The notes under the pieces: model-generated
The model's database searches: none
What the model saw: only the letters and a program-made list of their open reading frames with translations
What the model was told of the DNA's origin: nothing
Origin: Bigelowiella natans CCMP2755
Taxonomy: Eukaryota; Protista; Cercozoa
Reading direction: 5' to 3'
Length of the DNA stretch: 64,000 nucleotides
Assembly (NCBI GenBank): GCA_000320545.1
Contig: ADNK01002518.1
Location: 1-64,000, forward strand
Made by a program: the position numbers and the translations under genes
Part shown: positions 27,867 to 41,813 of the stretch, piece by piece
Layout: every line of letters starts with the position of its first letter
Position numbering within the stretch: the first letter of the stretch is position 1

Positions 27867-29542
27867 TTATATGAAACCCACTTCTTCAAGGTTGATTGTT
27901 AGAACACTTTTTTGGCAAGCACGAAAAACCTGAGAAATGTTGCCTGATTAAATGATGTACGAGAAACTGTGCATGTAGTCCATATTTACCCTATCAATAT
28001 TTTTGGTGTCAAGACCACAAGTAAAGAAAGAGTAAACTTGCTTTTCATTCTCCACGCTCTTTAAAAATAGATCTTGTATGTGTGCTTTGACTCCTTCTTC
28101 ATCTTCAGGCCCACCTTCACCTGGGATCAAGAACGAAAACGTAAAATCATAATCGCTTTAGTGAGATGCAAAGGATTGTTTTCTTTATGGTACCTTTATA
28201 ACCAAATTTATCCTTGAACTTTTTTTGTTTTAATTTTTCCTTAAGAATGTCTATCTTATTGAGGAACAGAATCATTCCTGCACGTTCAAAGCTTGGGTTG
28301 TTCACTATTTTTCTGAATTCTATGAGGGCCTGAATGAAGCATAGATAAAAATTGATCGCACCCAGCTCCAGTATTCTGTCTGGCTGAATACTACCTCTTC
28401 CATGCGGTTAACCTTCTCATCCTCATAGAGCACTTGATTGTATTCTGAGATCGCAACGACGAACATGACAGCTGTAACGCCCTGAAAAGTATATCAGCAT
28501 CAGAACAAATTTTCCGTCATGTAAAAGCAGAGATTACATCAAAGCAATGAATCCATTTTCTCCTTTCATTTCGCTGGCCACCAACATCCGTGAATCTGTT
28601 GTCCATTAGATATTTCAGTTTGTTGGTTTCTATATTGATGAAAAGTGCCACTTACGTAAATCTAATATCCCTGATAACCAATTTTTTTTCATTTATCCCA
28701 GTTGTCCGATTCCGAGCCCTAAGACGGCAGAGAATCAATTTGGTGCATGTACGTCGACAGCATAAATTCACAAAAACAATACCTCAAAATATCACTTTGT
28801 GTTGGAACATAATCAGGAGCTGAAATACGCTGAATCTGTTGAAAGAAACTGCAAAAGTAGACCCAAATTATAAAACTGAGAGGGCTTAGATATATATAAA
28901 TAACAATGTGAGTTTACTCGGCAACAGTATCGGGGAAATGAAGATTATCTCTGCAGAAGAAAATGTCCCTTACAACTTTGCTTTCAGTCCATAGCCGCTA
29001 AGTTAAAAATGCGAATGAAGTTGCTTCGAGCTAGTGTAACAAATAAATATGCTTACCTCTATAGCACCACTAAGTTTATCAGACCAAGCATCTTCAAAAT
29101 CATCCGCTTCCTCAACAATTTCTGCCGAACCTACTAAATTCTTCTCAAGAGTATCCCCGGCTTCGTCGAGTATCTCTTGCATTGTGGAAACCATATTTCT
29201 TCGGATTATTATCCGGAAACTGAAAAAAAGTTAATTTTCATTAGGGCATCAATAATTCAACAGATCGTCCGACAGGATTACTTGTCTCTTTCATGGTCCT
29301 GAAAATCTTCGCCAGCTAAAATTTGCATCTGCTTGAAGATTGTAGATTTTCCCGACTCACCGGTGCCCAGGAACAATATTTTAATGACCTGACCTTCCTT
29401 CAGCTTGTGCTCAGCAAGTTTTCTACAGAAAGAACCCAAATTAAATGTAAATATCCCCATTAAATACGGTTAATAACGAAGAATCGACTTACTTTGCTAT
29501 TCTCTGGTCATGGGCTTCTTCTTGCGAGGGGCAACATCCCAT
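27867..29542 (-). CDS. Heterotrimeric G-protein alpha subunit, multi-exon
   Basis: MGCC lipidation motif, [19 protein letters not shown] (G1), RARIRTTGI (G2), [16 protein letters not shown] (G3), FLNKID (G4), TCGLD (G5). Confidence 0.93.
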
Positions 29543-30079
29543 CGTTCAGGTATGCCCTTACTTATCTGGTGGCCCCGAACTATCTTTTTGACTTACCAAG
29601 TAATCCGTACAATTGTCTATAGGCGGAACTGGTGGTGCCGTGTGAGAACTGAAATTATTCTTCTTTGAGAGGACCTATGAAGGTGACCTGGTGCAGTCTT
29701 GCAATCACTAAATGATGCAGTGTCGATTTACTACTCTCGAATGAATGCTTAGTTATCTTCAAGATCCTTGTTGTTTGATCTGGTCAAATTAAGTCACTTG
29801 ATAAACACAATCGAAATCTAATTTGCTCCATTTAGGATTTAAGACAACATAATTACAAATTATTCCACTTTTTAGTGTCCTTTTAGTAAGTTTGGGGGAG
29901 AACCGAGAAGAGTATTCTTCTAGTGCTGGTCTTACCAATTCATGGATTACGAGTTGTGATTAGACATTGTGTCCCGAATATTTAATTTTTTGAGAAGTCA
30001 ATATGTAGCTCATTTTTCAATGTCATTTCAAAAGAATCCAGTCGCTCTCTCAAAATGAGATCACATATGAAAATTGAAA

Positions 30080-31540
30080 GGATCCGGTGTGTTGTGGCTG
30101 CGTCGGCGAATCAGTTGGCAGGCTGGATCTTGGAACACCATCAACAAACCCTACGTGCCTGGAATTCAATTGCAGTGGCACATCTTGTTGGAATGTCGAA
30201 TGAACACGAATGTTGAATCTTGACTCTTGCTGGAATGGAGGAATTCCAGCATTGTTGGCAAAACTGGAAAAAAGTCTGCAAGTCGCACTTGCATGCATTC
30301 GTTCGTTGGCAACGCCATCGGATGACCCGCTGGCCCGGCCGCGGACCAGCGTGTAGATGTGGCCTTCAGGAAGTTCTTGCGAAGAGTAGATGCTTTGCGT
30401 CGCTGCCACATTGCCGCTAATTGCGCTGCCCCACACAGCTAGAATGCCACTTTTTCAAGTCCAGTCAGTCCCCAAGTCCCCACGTGCTGAAGCTAGTTCG
30501 AGGCACTGCGTTTCGCACTTTTCAATCATGCAACACTTTGAAAACACAATTTTTCATCACGTTTGTTTATTTGTTTGCCACCTCTGGACCTGCTGGACAG
30601 GACTCACTTGCTTTGCACTGCGGGTTCATTGCCAACTTGCTGCAGGCTAGCAGGCATGTCTGGCAGAGTGGAATTGTTGCTGCCAAGTGTTTGGTTACAA
30701 ATTCTGCCTGCTTGCACAGCCCTGCAATTTCCGCTTCATTTTCAGAACAAATCATTGCAGCTACACAATGCACCAGGCTCATGTCCCATCTAGCCATGTC
30801 CATCATGCCATCAGCACGTGCGCGCACATCTGTCCCATGCACCCAGCCTTGCTAGCCTGTACTAGTGAAAGGGCGAATTCAAAATCAGAAATTATGCTCA
30901 TGACTTCTGCGAGAATGTGCTCTAGAGCTCTCTTCGTGTTGCAAAGTGCAGTGCTTATTCGATCTTGATCTCAAAACCCGTTGCAAACTAGCTGTCTAGT
31001 CGCTACATGCAGCAACCGCGAAGGCTGATGCACACTGGTAGTGTGCGCCTATTGCATTCGCGTCGCGCCTGTGCATGATGCGCTGAGCACACAAGTCGCT
31101 CGATCCAAAACGCACGTGTTCAGAAAGGGAAGCCCAGAAAAAACTTCAAAATGGTAATTATGAAGCTTTGGCCGCGGGCGCAGTTGGGCTACCTAGGCTA
31201 CGTTGAATGAATCTTTTGTTGTGCTTGTAGTCTCATTTCTGGCTAGCGATGCCCTGAACTAGTGAAATTTCACACGCCCGTTGTGTTGCAGACGTGTGAG
31301 TGAACGAAAGAGACACCCAATCATGCTCAGATTGGAGCAGATCTAAGCAAGTAAGAGTTGTGCAATGCATGCCAACATGCCAAAGATGGTGAGCGTGTTC
31401 GAACTAAATGCACGCCGAACGCTACGTGGGATCGATACTGAAATGTAGCAAGGATGTAGCAGATCACGTCTCGTGTTCGAATCACAACAAGCTACACAGA
31501 TGTCCAGAAACAACGTGTCAATGAGAGCCATTTGAATTTT
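30080..31540. repeat. TpA-depleted repeat island between the G-alpha 5' end and the PRI1 3' end
   Basis: Footprints cagg-CTAG-cagg (30643), ccat-CTAG-ccat (30786), gctac-CTAG-gctac (31188), tgaa-CTAG-tgaa (31255). TA is scarce. Confidence 0.75.
30315..30577 (+). mobile_element. 5'-truncated non-LTR retrotransposon (LINE) 3' end, copy A
   Basis: After removing the 8-bp insertion it encodes PSDDPAADQRVDVAFRKFLRRVDALRR, homologous to the ORF at 52478-52801. The 3' UTR (30487-30565) aligns with the reverse complement of 52340-52422. Ends in a (TTTG/TTTA)n tail. Confidence 0.8.
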
Positions 31541-31591
31541 AATGAATGTTGTGCTACATTTGAGGAAGCGCCCACAATTCCTTCATCAAAT

Positions 31592-33079
31592 TCAAAATGT
31601 CATGTCGAATTTTGTAGCAATTTCTCTTCGCCTTGCGCGAATACTTGTTTGAAGGGGCTGTAAAAATTTTTTTTTGAAGCACTCCACGTAAGGTGCCATT
31701 CGAGTCTTTTGGTAATCTGGCAAATTGGCGCTATCTGTTGTCCCTTCATCTTTTGAGAAACTGTTAATGTCCCTGATGAGGTCGTCGATAGTTGGCACTG
31801 CAAATGGGTCGAAATTTTCACACTTATCTGGATCAATAGGCACACAGACTCGACCGGTCTTTGGATGAACAGACCACGGGCTTTTCAACAAGTGGTTCAT
31901 ACCCTTACTCACATTCACATCAAGCCTAGGATAAAGGTGCGCAAAAACTATTTCCTCGTAGGTATTTCTAACTTTCGAAAACTTTGTCTGAGATATATTC
32001 TTTCGAATTGCTTTCTTGATATCTGCAATTTTAGCAGCAGTATTTCGAGAACTGTTACGCCATTGCTCATCCAATTCCTGCCGAATGCCAGCCTCGGGAA
32101 TCATCGCTAGAATTTGTGTCCAGCGATCTTGGGTCTCAAGAAGACCTTGTTCTTCACAATATTGCTCAAATTCAGGTTCCACAACTTCTAAAGCTTGCGC
32201 TAATGAGGGATGGATGGGATCGCGCAACTTAACTTTTTGTGCCTTTTCAGCACCACCACCGGTATATGCAGAGAGGTATTGAACTACTGCTGCACGGCCA
32301 CCATCTTGCAACTTTCGAGCACGATCATCGCATACCCAGCAGTGAACCCCGCGTCTGCCAGAATAAACCCACAGAAGATGTTTAAAACCAAAGTCGTTCC
32401 TAAGTGCGTGGTCGAGTACTTTGATTGCTACTGTCATTAGTTTCCAACATAGGGGACAAATCTTGGCATCCGAGCAGCATGTACGCACGTCATCGTAATC
32501 AGTCATATCGATATCGAATACCAATTCCTGAAATATTGATAATAAATGTTAAAATAGTATCAGGAGTAGAATTTTTTAATGGCAAAAGAAAGCAAATTGA
32601 GTAATATGCGTGTTTGTGCAGCGCATAGATACAGAGGGGCTCATAGGTATCCACCTCTCAAATGGAGTGAATTTTAATACCTTCTCAACTGGCTTGAAAG
32701 ATGATACAGCATTGTGATGTTTGGGTGGAGCATTAAACACCGCTCCGATATCAGTCTTATGCGGCAGGCGTTTTAGATATGCATCTTTGTATTCCTTTAG
32801 ATTCTTGAATGTCAGGTACCGGATATAAATATCACCAGCTAGTGTGAAAGAAAATTCTCGCCGCATGAAGAAATCTTTTTCATTCAGTGGGTCATCCCCT
32901 TCTACCATGTTGCAGTAACTCAACCAACGATACATTGGGCCGAATGGAAACAGGCGCTCGTAGTAAAGCTTTAAGGTTTCATCGCGAATGCCAGAGAAAC
33001 TTTGTTTTTTAGAGTGCTTCCCATCCTTTGTATCATCGAGTTCCATCGCTGAATTTTGCACGTTCTCTGTCTGAGGCAT
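31592..33079 (-). CDS. PRI1: DNA primase small (catalytic) subunit, 2 exons
   Basis: YYERLFPF, RREFSFTL..DIYIRY, ELVFDIDMTDYDDVRTCC, WVYSGRRGVHCWVCD, YPRLDVNVSKGMNHLLKSPWSVHPKTGRVCVPI. Intron at ~32528-32679. Confidence 0.97.
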
Positions 33080-33938
33080 CTTGACGTCTACCTCTTTCTC
33101 ACGTGGGTCTTGTTGGCGGTCTCAAGCTTGGATTTCAATCTTTCAAATTTTGATCGGCGATGTAAATGATAAAATATATTGAAATGTAGCTCATTTAAAT
33201 ACAGATATGAATGAATGTATCGCCACTAACCCCAAACGTAAGGCTTTATTCCAGAATATGTCACACTTGAGCTTAATTTATTTTGGTTGCGCGGGAATCA
33301 CTACCTCTTGCTTTTTTTGGGTAATTTCGTGACAAATCCATTTTTTTTGGGTAATTTCGAGATTTCTGCACAAAGAGTTTCGACAGCAACCACAATCAAG
33401 TTCTAGCACCAGCATGCGAAAGTACAATAATATTAACATAACGACAGGATATTTCGACAGAATATGGGTAAAATTGGTTGAATATTGGGCTCTGTGTAGT
33501 ATGTACTCTTGACTAATAAATCTTAATTAAAGTTGAAGAAGCAACTGCTGCTGCTTGTGAAAGAGGGGCTGAGTATCATCCCCATAGCACAGTTTATTGA
33601 TCAAAAACGATTGAAACTACAAGGCTGATCGTACCAACGAACAAGAAAGAGACTTTACCGACACAATTTACGCTAGCTATCTTGTTCCTGAAGTGGGTGG
33701 TTGACGGCTTATCGGCGACGATAGCTACCTGGTCTTCATTACCATCGTGGGGAGTGCGTGTGTTACTCGTTCAGCCGTTACAACTCCATATTTTTATCAA
33801 TAATCGGGTTGGAAGCAGATTGGTTGCAGATTCAAGACAAAATTTAGACTCTTGTACTTGATCTTGTTCTGTGATCGACGTAGCTATTGTGTTGCATTTT
33901 AGAGGGGGTTTGTTAGGTAAAAGAAGAAGAAATATACA

Positions 33939-35208
33939 ATGTTCGAAGACAGCGAGTTAGGAGTGATTTGCGTGAAATCAGTATGGAGATCACAAATTTG
34001 TAAGGAAGACAAATCTGTTGGCACCAGAGCAAGAAAGTCACGCAATCGTGCCTCTCAGACATCAAGACCAACAGTTACTATGGCAACACAAACAGAACAG
34101 CAGTATTTACCCGAGGAGGAGGGGGAAGGAAAATCACTATCTTCAACTATTCCGCTAGACAATAAGATACTGCAACAATTTATATTAAGAGTGGGTCCTT
34201 TGATGGAACATGAATTGAAAGAGGCAAGTGAATCACGTGCATTTGATGGATATAAAGTGGTATGGGAGGAGGAACGAGATACAATCAACAAGATGTATAC
34301 TCTCACTGATCAAGACAAAATCAGGAGGAACAAACAGCAGGAGAAAGGAGCCAATACCAACAGCAGTAGTAGTAATAGTAACAGTAGTAGACCTCTTGCC
34401 CAGTCTTTCTCCGATGTGGAATGGAGTTGTAACGGATCGGTACTTGCAGCTTCGTTTGGAGAACGTCATCATGTTGGATGGTGCGAACATGATTCATTCG
34501 TTGCGTGCTGGAGTATAATGTCTCGCCGATTGAACTCGAAAAAGCCTGATATGAAACTTCCGGTTCCTTGTTGTGTAGGATGCCTTGCTTTTCATCCTAC
34601 ACAACCCACGATATTAGCAGCGGGCTTGTTCAGTGGTGAAATAAGAGTTTGGAACATTTCAGGTAGTGATGGTGGAGGAGGAGGAGGAGTAGAGTCGTCG
34701 GAACAAGAGGATGACCCCTTGATAGCTACATCCCCAGTAGATGATCACTTTCATAGGGAACCTATTACTCAAATATCATGGATTGCTACAGCACGGGGAG
34801 ACTATAGGCTTGCATCGATAAGTTGTGATGGGCTGGTACTTTTCTGGCGATTGAGTGATAAATTAAAGTATCCTTTATATGGATCCTCCATTCTTCCAAA
34901 TGATCAATATCATGGCCATGGTGTCAAAAGAAACAATTCTTCTTATAAGGTTGTTACATGTGGTACATACTAATATTTTGAGGATGGTAGTGGTGAGTGG
35001 TGGTACAACAACAACATGCTAATGATATCAAGAGGAGATCCATTGTTCATTCATTATTATTTGTTCAGATTCTTGGTGTACTATTGATGTACTACCTCTT
35101 ATCCATTGTTCATTTATTATTATTTGTTCAGATTCTTGGTGGAGTGTCTATGGCGTTTTCTAAACTAGATTTCGTCAACTACGTTGTAGGGACTGAAGGT
35201 AGCTAATA

Positions 35209-35250
<42 letters not shown>

Positions 35251-35466
35251 CAATCTAACTACGTTTTACATATGCTGCCACTCTCATATTCCAACTATTA
35301 CTTCTTCATCTAGGTGGTGGTGTGCTTAGATGTGAAAGAAAAATGAGATCATATAAGAAGAAGAAGAAGCAAATATACAAGGATACAAACCTGCTCAAGT
35401 GGGATCATGAGGTGGAGCAAGTCTTACGATTCTTACCACGTAGATCAAGGTTGTTGGAATATTACA

Positions 35467-35510
<44 letters not shown>

Positions 35511-35552
35511 ATTAAATCATGCCTCTTTCTTAATAACAAAATCGACGATGAT

Positions 35553-35591
<39 letters not shown>

Positions 35592-36406
35592 ACTATACTA
35601 AATACTAGGGATAGCGTTAAGAATTCGATGCGAAAATATGCAACAAAAACGGGAGCAAAGGTGGTGCTGGTGGTGTTGTGGTGAAAGTGGGGATGCGTAA
35701 AACGTACTATGCTATCTGATAGTGGTAGATGGGGGAACAACAACATGTCTTATTATTATTATTATCATTATCATTATTATTATCATCATTGTTACTACTA
35801 CTATCAAAACGTCATGCATGATGTTGCTCGCTTGTTGACCTGCTACTACCTCTTTAAGTTTGATGATGATGATGATAATGATGATGATGATGATATTTTA
35901 TTGATAAGCACACCTCCTCCTCAACAACTGCATGCATGCATGCATGCAATAATAACAGATTATCCGTTTGGAGGAATTGTATGCTTCTCGACCAAATCCC
36001 TTACATTTGTTTCCTCCAGCTTCAAAACAGGTGGGTGTTGGTTGTGTATTCATTCACAAGGATAAATGTAGAATAATGTTTGTTGATATTTATTACACTA
36101 TGATGATCGATCATGATGATCATGCATGATGAGGGGAAAGATCGATTAAGGCGACGACACCCAATGTGTCTTCTTAGGCTTTCGAAAAGCACGGTGGCCC
36201 TGTGTATGGTATTGCTGCCTCCCCCTTTCACAGGTAATACATTTGCATAATAGCACGTTAACATTACACATTAGCATAGCACGCACTACTACTACTACTA
36301 CATACGTATTTTGGATAATGATTATGATGATGATCACGATGTCCGACGTTGTGTGGAAATTTGCTGGGAAAAGGAATAGATATTAAAAGCTATATATCTC
36401 AAATAT

Positions 36407-36447
<41 letters not shown>

Positions 36448-36608
36448 AGTAATTTGATGCAGTATAACCATAATGATCCCCCTCATCATCATCATCATCA
36501 TCGTCATCATCATGAGCTCGCACTAATACTAGTCTTAAATTAGCTTACAATATGTGTGATGGCGCTGCTTCTTCTTCTTCTTCTTCTTCTTCTTCTTCTT
36601 CTACGACA

Positions 36609-36639
<31 letters not shown>

Positions 36640-38631
36640 TTGCTACTGGTAACAATATCATACATCTTATTCATTTTCCGCCAATCTCCTCCTCTTTCTC
36701 CTCCTCCTCCTCCTCTTTCTCCCAGGAATATTTTCCTTACTTGCAGCACAGATGGCAGTCTACGCCTATACAACATGCTTAGGGTACTACTACATCATCT
36801 TGCATTTATTTCAATATCATATACACGTATCATAATTGTAGAACTATCAGCAACATAAAACAATGTATTATCACCATCATTATCATCATCATTCTCTCAT
36901 CTGCTGCTGTGTTTCCTGAACTTTGTCGTTGTTGAATATGGTCGTTGTCGTCAGAATCCTCGCCCAGTGGTCTTGATGGAACCATCACCAGCCTATCTAT
37001 TCGATGTTCAATGGTCAATTGTTTTGCTGCTGCATTTTCAAGCTTAGATCCTCCTTCTTAATAATAATGATCATGATCATCCTATTACTACTACTACAGG
37101 TCAACATCACGTCCGCTTGTATTCGCTGTAGCAGATGCTACTGGTAGTAATAGTAGTAGTAGTAGTAGTAGTAGTAGGAGGAGGAGGAGGAGGAGGATTA
37201 GATCAGGAGGGAAGACTTATTTCTTATATACTTATTATTATTATTATCAGGTAAAATTCACATCTACGATCTGGGGGTTGAGACAATAAGTCCTATAATT
37301 TCTTTCCAAGCATCATCATCATCATCATCAAGCGTCGTAGAATCTATTGGGTCAAAGAAGGGAGGAATAAGGCGCCTTGCTGATAATGCTACAACAACAA
37401 CTACTACAACTACTACTGCTACTACTCCTACACAACAAGACAACAAACGTAATAAACTTTTTATAAGTAAATAACCAACACACCTGCAATAAAATGATGT
37501 TTTCTAATCTTTCAAATGATGTCATCTTATATTTCCTCCTGCTTGAGAAAGAAATAGTAGTATATTTGAATTGCATTTTTTCTCTCCTACATCAGTTTCA
37601 GTTATCTACTGTATATTTTATATGATGATTAGGCACACCTCCTACTTCCTCCTCCTCCTCATCATCATCATCATCATTCGATGGTGCTGGTGCTATCGTC
37701 GCTCTAAGCTTCAGTCCCCGTGATGGTAGACGATATAATGATGAGTTATAAAGTAGTAGTATGTATTTAGTAGTAGTGAAAAGAATATTAGAAGATACTA
37801 TGCATGGGGAGGAAGAAGGCACACAACGTTATGTTACTTAAAATATGAAAATGTAATATCACAACAGACAACAAACAGCCTTCCTTTTAACAATGATGAC
37901 TGTGGAGGAGCAATATATATTATCATCATCAACAACAACATCATAATATTATATGAATAACCTCATATCATCCTATCACATCATCACCATCATCTTTCTC
38001 ATCACCATTCTACCGTATCGATAAAACAACTACACACAATTCCAGATACTTAAGAAAAATGATGATGATGATGATGATAATAAAAGGCTTGATCATCTTC
38101 TCTCGCTACTATATTGTAGGAAGCATTCTTGCAGGTGCTGATGACAGTGGGCAAGTCGTGGTGTGGAGACTTAGTACACGTTTGTCCAGCATCCAAGAAG
38201 GAGAATTGGCACTCCTAGGTACTACTACTACTACTACTAACCATCTCTCCGAAGACCTTGTTACTATCTATCAAATAAAAGAGAGGCAGCATCTATGCGT
38301 ATTTTGATGTAAATGTTGTGCGTTGTAACATTCTACTGCTGTCTTGATGGTTAGAATCCTTGGGGGCTGTTGACGATGAGGACCAGAAGCTGCAGGTGAT
38401 ATTGTTACTATTTAAGGCCAACCAACATTATGTCATGTGAATCTTGAAGACGCTATTATTGATGAATGATGACAACACATCGTTTCTAATAATAAGCATT
38501 TCGTGGAGAACATCATATGCCAACAATCTAACTCATGTGAATAATAGGCAAGCAGACGGCATAATCGAAGCAGCTCAAGTAGTAGTAGTAGTATTAGTAG
38601 GACGTCGGGTCCAGAGGAGAAGGAGAAGTAA
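33939..38631 (+). CDS. WDR34: Dynein-2 (IFT dynein) intermediate chain WDR34/FAP133, WD40 repeats (3' end approximate)
   Basis: MFED..VKSVWR, WSCNGSVLAASFG..HVGWCEH, CLAFHPTQPTILAAGLFSGEIRVW, HREPITQISW, FESHGGPVY..ASPFHRNIFLTCSTDG, WSTSRPLVFA, LAGADDSGQVVVWRLS. Confidence 0.88.
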
Positions 38632-38819
38632 AGGCTGATGATGATTCTAAAATGAATTAGCAGAAGATAGATAAATAGCATAGCAAAGAAGGGTAGGATT
38701 AATATAACTTTAGGCTTTGACTAAATTAGATAATGGAACAAAATGTTAAGAGGCTCACAAAAATAAACTGGCCCCGTTACTATCATAAGTCGTCATACTA
38801 TTCAGCAAACAAAGCATCA

Positions 38820-39170
38820 TCCATCCTGTTTGCGCTAGAGACGATCCCTGCATGCGGCATTAGCAGCATGCGATGCATGCTCTATGCATTGTGTACGTCT
38901 GCTAGCTAGCCACACCGTGCATCGATCTAGACGTCTAAACGCATCCACTTCGTAGCACGTGCGCGTTCTAGCGCTGCATGCAACAGCTAGCGCAGCACTG
39001 AGCATCACTTGCTAGCATTGCTAGATTAGGACAATTAGGACTATTAGATGCTGCAACTGCATCACACCCTACTAGCCTAGCTAGCTAGCTATGACAAGAT
39101 GAAGGCATTGCTAGATTGGCTGTGCTAACTGTCTAACTGTGCCTGTAGAAATTGTGTTAATTGTTGCAGT
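38820..39170. repeat. CTAG-rich repeat island between convergent WDR34 and kinesin ends
   Basis: attg-CTAG-attg (39107-39118), a CTAG run at 39077-39090, TGCA/CATG-rich. Confidence 0.65.
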
Positions 39171-39769
39171 CCACAAGTATGAGTACTACTACTGCGTCGC
39201 TCTGTCAACATATTTACACTAATAGCCACGAGCACCAACATATCTAAGGATCCTCGATGCAACTATTACGCAAAGGCATTGTGAATAAGGGGAAACATAC
39301 ACATCATTTACGAGTAGTAGTCTTTTTATTAATCGAACGGTTCCAAACAAAGCAGTCGATATATCATCGTTTTCAGATATACATTTTTCATCCAAAGCAA
39401 ATTGAATGTTCTCAACACAATGTATTCGTATTTGATTTGATGTAATATGATTTTAGGTGCTAATGGTTTTCTTCATGTGCAATGATGTACATATTGAAGT
39501 AATTCTCGTGTTACTTCATGTTCCATTGAGCATCAATCTAATTTACACTGATTTCTTCTTCTACACATCATAACATGATCAGAAAGCAAATCAGTCGCTG
39601 AATGATGATTCATTGAGTGTAGTATCATTGTGGAAAGTATATGTGCCAGCCACCAAACAACATGTCCTCAACTTTCAACAACACACTTTGAATGCACAAT
39701 CAACTAATTGTTCTCTAAATCATCATAATCATAAGCAGCAGTAGCAGCAGTAGCATATATGAACTGAAA

Positions 39770-41320
39770 CTAGGTAGCAATGGTTGTTGTTGTAGTAGTA
39801 GTAGTAGTAGTAGTAGCAGTCTCCTCCTGCATTCTAGCTTCAAATAATTCAAGTTCTCTTTGAATTAAGAGTTTATCTTGTTCCTGGATTTCTTCTTAAG
39901 TGATGTATTCTCGTCCCTTAATTTACTAATTGCATTTCTGCTTTTCACTTTTATTTCTCCCTTTTCATTTTGTAACTTGCGATTCTCTTTGTCAAGCTCC
40001 ACATTACGCCTTTCAAGAGTGATTAGTTGGCGCTTCTGAATGCCAAACCTGGAAGCATCCTCGTACACACTGACACGTCTAGCAGCACCACCGTTTGGGG
40101 CCTTGAGCGATGACAACGGCTGCAAAGAGGATCTCCTTTGAGTGCTTAGATTATTATTGGTACTTTTGTGATTTTGGCCTCCTCCTCCTCCCCCACAAGG
40201 CTCTTTTCCTTCGGAGGCAAAGAAGACCTCTCCATCAACAAATCCAAAATCACTTGGTACTTTAGTTTTCCTATACTTAGGTGATGGATTGTACTTGTTA
40301 TTAGCCCTGTTGTTGTTGTGACTAGCAGCACTAGACTCACTGCTACCCCCCCTTGATAAACTTCCTCTTTTTCTGCTGCTGCTGCTGTGATTACGTCTTT
40401 CAACAGAGCGTGTGAGAGATCGACTTGTAAGGAATCTTGAGGATGAATATGATGATGATGATGATGATGAACCTGCTTTTCTTCTTGAGCCGATTGTAGT
40501 ACGACTTCTGGCTTTAGGTTGCATCTTCTTCACCTTGTTCTTAAGAATTTGGATTTGTGTATCCTTCTGCCTAGATACTGATGATTGCTTACTCAACTTC
40601 TGCAGCAATTTCCTCTTTTCAAGCTCAGTGCGTCGTTTTTGTTTCATCATTCTTGTTAGTCGTAACTCCTTTTTCTTCGAGTGTTCCCTATACATCTTTT
40701 CTCTATCCTTCATTTCCTTCTGCACACGTGCTTTCTCCTTTTTGGCTCTAGACACTTCCTGTTTCAGGTTTCTAAGTCTAGATTCAGCTCTAATAAGATT
40801 GTTCCTTCTTGCTTCTTCTGCTTTAAGTTTTTTGCGAAGAGTCTTTAGCTGATTTGAAAGTTGCGTGAGTCTTTGCTGATGCCTTGGATTTTTGCCTGTT
40901 TTTTCCAGCTTCCTGAATTCGCTCTCCTTTTCTTTGACCTGTTTTTGGTAGTCATGAAGAAGTTCCTCAACCTCTACTTTCTGATTTTCAATACATTTAA
41001 GCTCAGAATGTAGACGCTCGATCTCGCCTTCTTTCTTTACGAGAAGCTGAGTCAGATTGGCCATTTGGCGTTTTGAGCGCTCAACGAACTCGTTATGATG
41101 ATGATCATCCTTGGCCATTTCGTGGACTAGATTGTCTACAGAATTATTATTATCTTCTTGTTGTTGTTCTTTAATGACAACAGCTTTCTTCTGTGATTCA
41201 TCATCATCATCAGCAGCAGCAGCAGAGCTACTTGTGACGTGAATAGAGAGAGAAGGAACAACAGGCTGCTTTGAAGTAGAGGAGGAGGCAAAACCTGACT
41301 TGCTCATTGGCTAAATTATG

Positions 41321-41357
<37 letters not shown>

Positions 41358-41780
41358 CTTTATCAATATATGTGTTATATATGTATACATATATACACGC
41401 AATTTTCGATCATCATCCTCATCATCCTCATCTCTTACTTAAAATAATACATTTGAAGCAAAGAAGCAACCTACTCCTACCTTTTTGAAAGGCCCATCAT
41501 CAATGAACATATCCTCACTTTCTTTTGATATCTTGGAGGATCCTTCCCCTCCAACTTTTATATCATCATTGTCGTTTTTAACAGTAATGGTGGTGCCTCT
41601 AGGAGAGATCTGTGGAGAAATATATGGTGATGCAGAAGTACTTGGAGCTTGTACCCAAAGCTCCTTGTACACTTTGATCTCCCGCATGGCAGCAAGATAT
41701 TTGATTTTGTAGTCTTTGAGAGCCTTGTTCTCTTCCTCGAGCTCCTGGATTCGAAGACGATACCTAAAAATTGAGATAAA

Positions 41781-41813
<33 letters not shown>

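Noticed and set aside
33285-33360. E2F-like GCGCGGGAA and a duplicated TTTTTTTGGGTAATTTCG in the PRI1/WDR34 divergent promoter
   Set aside because: Short and imperfect. It cannot be distinguished from chance without cross-gene enrichment.
36540-36858. Poly-L/S/T/R ORFs (similar ones at 25022-25467 and 54039-57678)
   Set aside because: Translations of intronic microsatellites inside real genes.
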